DNA of 64,000 nucleotides. It comes from Chromera velia (lineage: Eukaryota). Shown in pieces: positions 14,049 through 24,394 of the stretch. The stretch spans positions 1 through 64,000 of the forward strand of contig JAHBMJ010000079.1 in assembly GCA_018398765.1 (NCBI GenBank), read 5' to 3'. The position numbers and the translations under genes were made by a program. The notes under the pieces were generated by a model, which saw only the letters and a list, made by a program, of their open reading frames with translations, was not told the origin of the DNA and searched no databases. Numbering within the stretch: the stretch's first letter is position 1; each line of letters begins with the position of its first letter.

Positions 14049-14690
14049 GGCTGTATAACGGTTATTTATTAAGGCACGCCGAAGGCGCGGCTAGGCCGTG
14101 CATGCACTGAATAAAAAAAGGAAAAAAAAACTAGGAAAACTTTTTTTTTAATCTATTTTAAACGTTTTTTTTAAATTTATCACCCCCTGAACTAGACAAA
14201 CAACTGTTGTTCAAGTGTTGTATGAATGTTGCAGGGAGTGTTGCATGAAAAACAACTGTTGTTTATATATAGACTAATATAATAATATAGTAGACAGAAA
14301 AAAAAATAAAAAACTAGTAAAACTTTTTTTTTTCTTTCTTTTTTTATTTAGCTAGTGCAGGGCCTAGAGGCGCGGCGATTTATAATGGTTATGCTAGGCT
14401 GCGAAGCGGCTTAGTATATAATGGTTACCATTCGTTTAAAGAAGCTAGGAGTATTACAGAGAAGAAAAAAAAGTAAATAACTCTCTTTGTTGGGTACCTT
14501 TTTTTTTTTGTCTAAAACAAGTTTAAACAACTATTGTTTAGCTGTTGCACGGGTGTTGCAGTGTATAGTTGCACAAGTGTTGTAAAGTGTTGCAGGCCAA
14601 AAAAAAAGAAAAAAAAAAAGTAGATAATTCGTTTTTCTATAGACTTTTTTTCTTTTTTCTTTTTTGCTGTGACATGCCTAGTTAAAGAAG
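14049..14690. mobile_element. Possible degenerate non-autonomous DNA element in AT-rich island
   Basis: Flanked by 8-bp direct repeat ctgctttt (14041-14048, 14691-14698). Contains GCCGAAGGC-type hairpins and repeated aaacaactgttgtt / gtgttgca blocks. No clear TIR. Confidence 0.35.
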
Positions 14691-15587
14691 CTGCTTTTCA
14701 AAATGTAATTTAGTAAATAAACCCTCATGCATTTCAAACTATCAAGGTTACTCTTAATACCGGTGCCTAACAAAACGATAGCAATTTTTTAAAGAACAAG
14801 TGTTGTACCACTGACTTGTTTATCATTTATCAATGAAATTAATACTTATTATAAAACCACCATGACACAATGCATTGCAAGCTAGATTACAAAGGAGTAT
14901 TAAATATACTACTCAATACGTTTAATAAGTAATATGGAGTTTAAGCTGTCCAACGCCGAATAAAACTAGCTAGGAAAACGCTGAGGCAGCCAGAAGTTGG
15001 CCCAGAACATAAATCTTATTTTATTCTAATTCTAATCACTAACTGTGACTGACAAAACTTTTTAGTACTTTTTAGACCCAGGTGATAATTGATTTGAAGA
15101 ACACCTCCTCCTTGTCGTGAACAGAAAATCCGAAAGCGCTCAGATCCTGCATGGCTCGGCGTGTCAGTCCATGTCCGTCCCGTAAAAAAGTTAAGTGGGT
15201 GGCACTTAATACAATGATTGCGTACGGATCAAGTTCTAGGGGGGCGTTCGCATGGCGTGCGACATGCATAGCTCGGCCGGCCGGATCATGCATGCACGAA
15301 CCACGCCGAGCTATACTTGCTAGCTTCCGACGCACGCACACGCGCCAATTGCTTTGATCATTGCGGTCGATTAGATGGTTGCCCCAGCAGTTCAAAGTCC
15401 TCCGATTGCTCTCCAGATCGACAGATATATATAGCATTTCACAAGGGTCTACGGACAGCGTGGTTGGCACTGTGAGGTAAAAGTGGGGGCTCGGACTGTC
15501 CGATTGAAGAAGAAACGCCGCGTGTGAAAATCGCACTGGGGTCTTTCGTCTCCGTCTCTCGCTGTCAAATCCTGTCCGCCAGCAAAC

Positions 15588-16348
15588 ATGGAAGACCGCA
15601 GCATTAGATCCCCTCCAGGAGAGGCAGGCGTGAGAGCAGTGGTAGACAATCTTCGCCCTGAAGTTGTTGCAGAGTGTGTCAAGCAGTTCAATGCTAGTCA
15701 GCCCCGAGACCTTCTTCTGCGCTCGCATGACTCCATCCAGGTAGACCGTAGCGTTTCTTACGGAATCGAACGCAGTGATTTGCAGGAGTTAGTGGCTCGC
15801 CCCAGTCAGGGGCTATTGCGACACGTAAAAAAGCAGGCGGACAATGCTTGTACGGTGCCCGGCCACCCAGTGATTGCGTCCAAGTGCGTTGTGAAGGATG
15901 GGAAAAATGTGTCGAAGTATGCATCTTGAAGGAGACGGGAGACGGCTCGTTCGACATCATGACCGTTGATGTACGTCAGCGTCGAACGGTGAAATACGAG
16001 ACTGGGAAAGTGCTGAAGCATGCAGCCTGTAGTAGCTTGGTGGTACTGGGGAGCTTGACAGCTTTCCTGAGCTTCGACTTCGGCCTCACAACAGCAGCGT
16101 GCTACACCGTAGCGGGGGTTGGAGCAGTGGCGGTAACTTCTGTTGGTCTATTTACCTACTACTGGCGGGGGGTGAAGAACGAGGTTCCCGGCGATGCACT
16201 TCTGGGTGCGATCTTCCAGCAGCTAATCGAGGAAGGACTGCTTAACCTCAATATCGATGACGCTTATGCCCCCCCCCGGGACGGTGAGAACGCCGAAACC
16301 TCCGCCGTCGGATGTTCACCTCAAGCAGGTCTGCAAAGCAATGCATGA
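15588..16348 (+). CDS. Hypothetical membrane protein with hydrophobic hairpin
   Basis: Overlapping ORFs 15588-15929 and 15848-16348 join via a candidate 35-nt intron 15850-15884 (gtacgg...ccaag), giving ADNA-LRCEGWEK. Two hydrophobic segments (SSLVVLGSLTAFLSFDFGL; AACYTVAGVGAVAVTSVGLFTYYW). GC-rich island between AT-rich repeat tracts. Confidence 0.5.
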
Positions 16349-18968
16349 CAGGGAAATTTATGCAGCAGCGAATAAGTGTACGCTGCGGGTGCGTGTTGTG
16401 TGTGGAATTCACCCTGCCACTTGCTTCATTGAAGACTATTTGCGCAATCATTTGAGACCCTTGAAAAGGGGTACAGAGTGTGAAGGGGCAAACTATGTTT
16501 GTGTTTTGTAGGGGCCAACCACCATTGTGCTTCATTTCCTCCCGTGTTTTTTGCAGACGTGCTGTGGGATCCCTCTAACTCGGGAAGGATCGTGGAGGTC
16601 GACACAGGGGACGCCGAATGGACCGAATGTGATGTTGCCCGGTAGGCTTTCCTGAATGGCGTTTGCACTTCTGCAAGAACGTGAACATTGGTGTCTTCAA
16701 CGCCGGCCTGATGTAAGATCGACCTCATGGGTGTGCGTGACAGTCTGGCAAGGCAAGATGATGGCGAGCCTCATTGACGTTATCGTTGAGGCCGACAGCG
16801 TGCGACTACCGTCGCATGTGGCAGCTGCTCTTCCGGATTCGTCTTCGAGGCCATTCCTGTTGTTTGTGTCTGGTCTGGCTTTTTTGCTTAAGTTTTGTTG
16901 TTTCTGTGTTTTTCATTCGTTGCCTGCATGCCTGTCTCCCTCTGTCGCTACATGCCTGTTTCTCTCTCTATGTTTATGCCCGTGCGTCGGCCAGTCAGGG
17001 TGAATGGTTGACTTCGTTCCGCACCAGTCAGCTGATGTGCTCGCCCGCTGTGGAATCTTTTCGCCTGCAAAATGCGTAGAGGTTTGCTCTGTGATGGCAT
17101 GAAGGGGAAGGAGAAATATCGTGCCAGCTTGAGGGATAGACTAAAGAGAGAGAGCGAAAAACGAAGCCTTCACGTGTGGGTCCATGAGGCAAGAGCTGAC
17201 CGTCACGAGCAGCGAGGAAAGCGAATAAAAGACAAAAGCAATCGGACAGAAAAACAAGGATTCAGACAAGAATAGAGAGAGACCCTTGAAGAACTAGCAG
17301 AAGATCAGAGGTAAGAAGACTGGATGAAGAGGCAGTTTCAGGACTCGTGTACGTGTTGCTCAGACTGTTTTGTTCGACCGGGTTTGGGCTTGCATCATGG
17401 ATTCATGTCTGCCTTCGGCAAAGTACTCACAGCGTGTCGCTCGCAGTTTTGATGAGCCTCACTTCCTGGCCCTTGATCTGAATGTTTTCTTTCCTGTGTG
17501 CCTTTTGTTTGGCCTGGATCGATCACTCTGTGTCAGTGCGAAGAGTGCCTGACGCATCAACCTGCTGACAGGCCGAGCCTTGGGTCAGGAAAGAAGCCTT
17601 GTGAATACAGTGAGCTGTGAGTCTCTTTCCCTTACCACAGGCTTGTTTGATTGATTGATTACGGGTTTGATTGAGGAATCATACAGGTTTACATGGTTTG
17701 AATCGTCTTAAACTTTTCAATCATGGCTCATATGGCATCTAGCCTCATGCATAACTGTTATATGCATGATGTTCGTAGTTTTATTTCTTTGAATTGATTC
17801 AAACTTAAAGTCGAACAATATTAAAGAATAGAGAACAAACAGGGGCAAACAATTTAAGTTTAAACTTATAATACTACAAAAGAAATTACAGTGCTAGATA
17901 GTGCTAGTTACAGTATGTGTTTGTATAAAGAAAATTTTATAGCACTGACATAACATAGCATTAATATATATTAATATTCCGGGTTTACAAAAACAAAGAA
18001 AAGTAATTATAGCCCTCTGTTTAGTCGTTTCTTTATTAGATTCTCCTATCAAAACAATAGTCTGTCTGACGCCGAACGTTAGACGCCTTATACAGGCCGA
18101 TGGCGATGGTACATGATGCTAGGCATGATGATGATCTAGATGAGGATGATGTTATTAATGTTCCGGATTTAATTTTTTTGTCGCAGTCCACTGGTGAGGG
18201 ACAGCTTGCATGATAATGATCTTACCCAATAAATAAACTTTAACTTTAGAGAACATATATCGCCTCGTCTGTTGAGCGAGCGTTTCGGCGAGGTTCCGGG
18301 CAACTTTAAAGCTAGCGTTTAGCTGCCTTCAGGCTGAAGGAACGAATCGAGGATACAACATTGCAAAGTCTTTTTGTGAGAGGCTGTGAGGGTTCAAGAT
18401 GTTTGATAAGTCTGCTTTCTAGAAAAACAAGTGAAGACTGAGTGTCACTGGCAGCCAGACTGGTGGGAGTCTAGGTGGGACTTTAAGGTAGAATTAGATA
18501 AAAAGAAAGAAAATGTTTACGTATCCCGCTCTGCAGGCTCTCTTACTTTTCCCCTCCGTAATTCGAGCCATAATTATTACTAATTAAAAATGTTTAAACC
18601 AATGTTTAAGCTTCAGTTATACTAACAAACCGGCTTGACAGGTTCTTTAATTTAAGTTGCTACTAGATAAGTCTCTTTTTAATTAATTAAAACATGATAC
18701 CATCATACTAGCCGTGCTACTAGTACTTTTTAAATCAATGGATCAATTAAAATTGTTTAACACAATTTTAAACCTAGTTTTTAACACACATTTTGGTAAA
18801 TGCAATGAATCAGATTCAATCATTTCAATAATCGATAAAAGAAAATTGGGGCGTAAACTAACCTTGTTTCTCAGTGCCCTTTGATTCCCACATATTTCGA
18901 TAAAATGCATAGAACGGTCCAAGATTTATTGTTATGTTTTTTTTCACTGACTTTTTACATTGGTTTTG

Positions 18969-20036
18969 TTACCCCAACACTTCCGAAGTTGGAAAATCAA
19001 AGATCTGCTTCGGGAATTTCACGATGTTTTTTGACACTTCTTCAAATTTCTCTTTTCCCTTTCGTATGAGATCAGAAAGAGGACCTTCCTTTGGAAAGAT
19101 GGAGGGCAGGTTTTTGAGAAAGTCTGTCGGGGTTTTCATTCCAGCGATTCGCATCGCTTTTGTCCAGGAGATTGGTTTACCGCCGTCTTGGCCTCCGAGA
19201 TAATCTTTTCCTTCTACAAACTCCCCCCACTCCCGGAGCCACTTTCGTGTATCGGGGATGTGGCCATCAACCACAACATTCGCAAAGTTCAAGAGTTGGT
19301 TCGCGGCGATTTTTAAGGGAGGCGGAATGGTGTTCTCAATGGCTTCAAACGCACGAATGGCTTTGATTGCACTTGGCGGAAGGTGAGGAATGTCCCTGAG
19401 CACGTCTGAAGGATACGCAACAGTGCAGTTGTCTGCCAGCACCAGTCGACCCTCCTCTTCGAGACGCTCCTCATACGGTTCGTAAATGAACACACGGATG
19501 TGTCCAATACGAGAGGGATCGTCGGAAAAGAGAATCTTCTGTGGACAAAACAAGCCCAAGTTGCCAAATTCTGCAACAACAAAGGCGCCCAATTTTGTGC
19601 TCTTCCGAATTTTCAACTTTTCCAACAGCTCTTCAGGAAGCGGAATCGGTGCTGGTTTGTGTAAAATCTCTTCTGTGATTTCCCTCACCCCCGTTTTCTC
19701 GATGATTGCCTCGCTAATGAACAAAGGATCCTTCACGTCTTCCTTTGGCATCACGACAGGAGTCTCAAACCTCTTCACTTTCGAAGGTCCAAAGTCGGTC
19801 GTCTGGAAGTACCAGTCCTCGAAAATGTCTGCAAACAAGACCACGGGACGGACACACACGTTGCATGATTGCATTGCGTAAAAAAGAAATTTCAGGATTC
19901 AAATTTGAGCGTACGCACATGTAAGCGGGATGTCGACACACAAGACACCAGAAATGAGTGCCTGCATGAGAAAAGATGACTATCGCAATGCTGTGCCGCG
20001 CCGCGCCAGGCTGTGCATGCAGGCCTGTCTCACCAT
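18969..20036 (-). CDS. Hypothetical protein (~300 aa)
   Basis: Protein-like ORF 18969-19828 behind a ttgcag acceptor. Phase-compatible upstream exons ~19920-19961 (ALISGVLCVDIPLT) and an ATG at 20034-20036 followed by gtgag. No family recognised. Confidence 0.6.
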
Positions 20037-20177
20037 TTGCACCCCCTTCCTCTCTCTTCAATCAGCTTCCTTCTCCATTGCACGCTGGTTTCATCAAAAT
20101 TTAATCTGGAAGGAAATGCGGCAGAGTCAGCTAGTGACGTCAGTGTTGTGAATGCGAAGTGGAATTTGAATTCGCTC

Positions 20178-22477
20178 TCATTCCTCCTCTAATCTCTCTC
20201 GCCACTGATTCATAAGGACCATCGGATCTGCTCTCCGTGCTCCTGCTTAAAAAGAAGAGAAGAGAAAAGAAAAGACGAGGCAGGAACGGAAATTGTCCCT
20301 CAACTTCTGACCCAAATGGACAAAAGTCGCCAGGCATCGGAGTGGACACATGCATGCAAAATAAAAACAAAGAAATGCGCTTGCAAACTCGAAAAAGAGT
20401 TTCCTTTCTAGTATGGAGGCCCCCCAACTCCCCCAGCCACCTACCTGGGAGAACGGTGACGGGCACAAGGGTCGTCGCTGCCACCGCCGAGAAGATCGGG
20501 AGAAAGCTGGTCACAGGGGCAAAAGCAATTTCAACAGAAGCAGAAAAGATCGGAGCAAACGAAGTTTCTACTCCGAACAAGATTGCCGGCCCGACACGAA
20601 ACACAGGACCAAAAACGAACTCAGGTCCAAAGATGAATTCTGGTGCAAACTCAAACTTCGGCGCCCAGTTCATTTGGGGTGCGAATACAAAAGCAAGGCC
20701 CAATTCATACGTTGGGGCAAAGATAATGACGGGGGCACAGACAAACTCATACGCAAAGTCTTTTGTTGGTGCAAACGGTTCAGGAGACGGGGATCCACAG
20801 TCACCCTCTTCTTCATCTGAACCCTCCCCATCCGAATCACCATCCTCGTCATCAGAGGACTCGGCGTCTGAGTCTTCTTCAGGAGGAGGGGGGAGGGATG
20901 CATAGACGTCTTCTTCCTCTTCAAACGCGGCCAGAAAAGCTTCTGGACCAAACCCGAAGAGAAACTCCTGAAGTCTTCTCTTATGCTCAGGATGTCCTGT
21001 TGTGCCATCTCTCTCCTGACGCGCCATCAGACGGCGTCTCCTCTCCCTCAACCTCCTCCGTCTCGTCTCCTCTCCGTGCTCTGGTACCACCTCCCACGGA
21101 CGGAGCCCCTCCTCGTTCGCAATCAAACGCGCCTTCATACGAGGTATCGCACCGTTTTCCACAGTCGCAACGTCCCCGTGCGGATCATCGCATTCCCATC
21201 CTTCAGCCCCTCCATTCTCCCTTCGAAGCCTGACCTCTCTCCAACTGTCGTCAAACCGATCCAGAAATTTCAAATCGTAAAAGTTGTCTTCCTCTGGATC
21301 TGATTTCGTACCTTCGTCACCAACCTCATCCCCAGCATTTCTGAGCGCTTTTTGCGCCCTCACTCTCTGCTCTTCAGTACGAGGGTCCATAAAATCATAC
21401 AATGCCCCCTTGCACTCGCTATCCAACAATGCCTTGACCACTATCACGTGCTCAGACGCAGCGTGATTCCAACTGGTATCCACATTTGAGAAATCACCCA
21501 AACCTCCATCGTTACTTTCCCTTCCGTTCCCTCCCTCCCCTTGCCCCTCTTCCCCCCCAAACAGGCTTTTTGATTTGGACTCAACATTGGCATGAATGCA
21601 TTCGACAAGCCGCCGTCTCTTTTCAACCTTCCCCCTTCCCATCCACGATGAGGGCCACTTGATTTTCTCTGGCTCCTCCAATACCCTTCTTTGAAACACC
21701 TGAGGGGTCACCTCACTCAAACGCCTGACCCCAAACCGATCTAAATTCTCCAAATGCTCACGGCCATGCGGCCTGGGACACGTGCCCTCCGGCAAACACC
21801 GCGCGTAGTGAAGAAACCGGGAATTCCGAAAACACTGGTACCCTTCCACTGCGCAGGTGCGAGAGTAAAAGCAGTTGTCCCAGGGCCACACCGGTTGGAC
21901 ACCAGAGACCACGGTCATGTTCGGAGTCACAAACTCATTTTTGACGCATTGTTTCAGGTACTGCAAGCAAACAAGACACTCTCTCTGATGTCTTCACTGA
22001 TACACAAACGCCCTCAACTGAAAGACATCGATGAAAGACCGCGAGGGAATGCGGGGTCCTTGCTGAACATGATATCATCATGCAGGTCAAACTCAAAACT
22101 CAAAGCCTCCGAGGAGCGAAAGGCGTGACTAAAGAACCATGTGACGATCGAATACTCAGCTGATCTCTTTCAAATGGTCACGCAGGCATTCCTTGAAGTG
22201 TCCAAACGAGAAACTTCTTCACTAACTCACGAACGAAATAGAAAATGGGAGCGAGGAAACAGGCAGAAAGGACACATTAGTTCCGTAGAACAAGCAAGGA
22301 GACTGATTGACATTCTGGACTGGCTGACTGACTGAATGACTTTCTGACTGTCCTGCTAGAGAGCAGGCCGACTGACGGGTGAGATCTCCACACAGCTGCA
22401 GTCGTCGTCGCAGTCCCCCATGTACGTGCACGGTGCGTGCTCCCACCCCGTCTCTATGTGGCCCTCAAACTCTCTCA
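20178..22477 (-). CDS. Cys-rich (CBM1-like modules) protein with multiple RRL motifs, acidic linker and C-terminal hexapeptide repeat; 5' exon unresolved
   Basis: Exons 22477-22377 (REFEGHIETGWEHAPCTYMGDCDDDCSCVEISP), 21960-20445 (YLKQC...WPWDNCFYSRTCAVEGYQCFRNSRFLHYARCLPEGTC...) and 20242-20178 (stop TGA) join in phase through GT-AG introns. Confidence 0.7.
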
Positions 22478-22937
22478 CTGCACACACACACACACACACA
22501 CACAGGCATTAGGGGCATTAGTTTTTTGCACTCCGATATTAACAACGAAGCTGAATCTCATCCCAGACGCCCGCCCCGAGCTGTGTCCCAGAATCTCTTG
22601 TTGTCCAGGAAAAAGACGAGGAGACAGGAGGAGTAAGAGTTACAGAGATTCACTTAGTGGCAGACTTCGACAGAAACACAGACATCAATGGAGATACAGA
22701 CGAAGACTGAACGCTCTGCGGCCCCCTCTCTTCATATCTTGTGTGGCATTCTGTGCGTCAATCAACCCACGACCATTCAGTTGATTTTAATCTGTTTGCC
22801 CAGCGGGCTGTCTCACGACCTGATTGCGATATTGACTGAAACCTTTAGACCCCTTATATTCTCTCCCGATCCCTCCTTTTGAATTCGTAAACAATCATGG
22901 ACCCAAGTGAATTGTCCATTGCTATTCCGCCCACTGA

Positions 22938-23435
22938 CTAACGAATGCATTCCGTAGAGATCTCCAGCTTGTGTTTACACCCGATCTGCAAATGAAGCCT
23001 GTCTGGCAGGACGACAGACGCGAGGAACTCTGTTGTGTAGTGAAAGCCCAAAGCCTCCCCTGTGACGGCATTCGAAAACGACCAGACACCCACGACGTTC
23101 TCACTAAACGCTCTCAGGTAATCCATCGTCCCCTCGTCCGCACTTCGTTGAATTTCCTGTTCTATGAACTCCTCGTTTTCCTCATGGTAGACCAGCTTGA
23201 TCTGAAAGGCCTTGTTCATGTACACTTGCTGCCCTCCCTCCGACCCGACCAGATTGTACTGCAGGGCTTCATTCGCTGGAAAGAGTTTCTGGAAGACTGG
23301 ACACTCATCCAGAAGGACTCCTGCAATTTCGGGGTCTGGAGGAAAGACTTTGCACTTCAGAACAGGCTCTCCCGCAACGAAGGAAAAGATCAAGAGCGAT
23401 ACGGGGAGCCCCCACCACCACGACCACCACCACAT
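22938..23435 (-). CDS. Hypothetical secreted protein (165 aa)
   Basis: ATG ORF with signal-peptide-like start MWWWSWWWGLPVSLLIFSFVAG and globular composition. Confidence 0.6.
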   Translation of the reverse strand: MWWWSWWWGLPVSLLIFSFVAGEPVLKCKVFPPDPEIAGVLLDECPVFQKLFPANEALQYNLVGSEGGQQVYMNKAFQIKLVYHEENEEFIEQEIQRSADEGTMDYLRAFSENVVGVWSFSNAVTGEALGFHYTTEFLASVVLPDRLHLQIGCKHKLEISTECIR

Positions 23436-23980
23436 GCTAAGCGTGTGGACTTAATTTGTCTACAGCGCCCCCACCAAGAGCAATCTTCAAACTGCAACCT
23501 GTCAACAAGAAGCAGTCACAGTGCACCTGATCGATCAGACAATGTCCCGTAGGAAAAGAGGACGCCATTCAGACTCCAACAAGAACTTGATGGGGATTTG
23601 GCGTCGTACAAGTCAGGTGGAAGTCGGGCTGGTTGGCCCACTTTGGTACTCGAAAGTCTCTTCTTTGTGCACTTGTAGGCACTTGTAGGTCCTGTCAGGA
23701 GAAGAACAACATATTGCAGGCCCTTTGGACAGATTGAGTGGTGTGATTCTGACGAAGCAGACTTAGCCAGATTGTCTGACCTTGATAGCCTCCATGAAAT
23801 CTCTTCGCGCCGCGTGAATTTAATTAAGCTTGGAATGGCTCAGCCGCAGGGCCCCGGCATACACGCCTGCACGGGATTCGTTACACGTGGGCCCCGGCCG
23901 CGGCGAGTTCGATGCATGAGCCGCATGCCACTCGATCATGCATGCAATTCTCTTAATTATATCGCCTCTCCGGACGTGTA

Positions 23981-24393
23981 TATTAACGAAATACACCCAA
24001 CCAGTTGGGTGAGTGCCTCGGGGGGCCCTTTAGGGGGTCCGCAAATTTGATTGATGCGCACCATCGGAGGCTTGGGTATGTCTTGTGCAGGTGCATAGGG
24101 CAGGGGCCATGGTAACACGTACAAAGTATGCTTTTCGGGACCATACGAACATACACTTGCAACTCCATGCGAGTTACTTGAGGGGCACGCATGTGCGAAG
24201 TAATTAAGATATGTGCGATCACAGCTCCGTGCGAGTTGCTTGAGGGGTATATTTTGGAATTTGGGTGACACCGTAATAGACGGAGATAGAAACGACCCCC
24301 CCCCCCAAAAATGAAAAAATGCGTTATGCGAGTACATGCGATCTCAGGGCCTCTCGGCTGATCTCAGCAGAACTGAGCTGCCCTCCGAGGCGA
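23981..24393 (-). mobile_element. Non-autonomous Helitron2/Helentron-like element (family A), copy A1
   Basis: On the minus strand starts A|TC. 12-bp subterminal inverted repeats gcctcggggggc / gccc(c/t)ccgaggc, hairpin ctcagcagaactgag near one end and hairpin cacccaac-ca-gttgggtg (23994-24011) near the other. No TSD. Related copies at 24395, 34800 and 41957. Confidence 0.7.
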
Positions 24394-24394
24394 T

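Noticed and set aside
20237..20905. 222-aa plus-strand ORF with GAK/GPK repeats
   Set aside because: Antisense mirror of the minus-strand hexapeptide repeat
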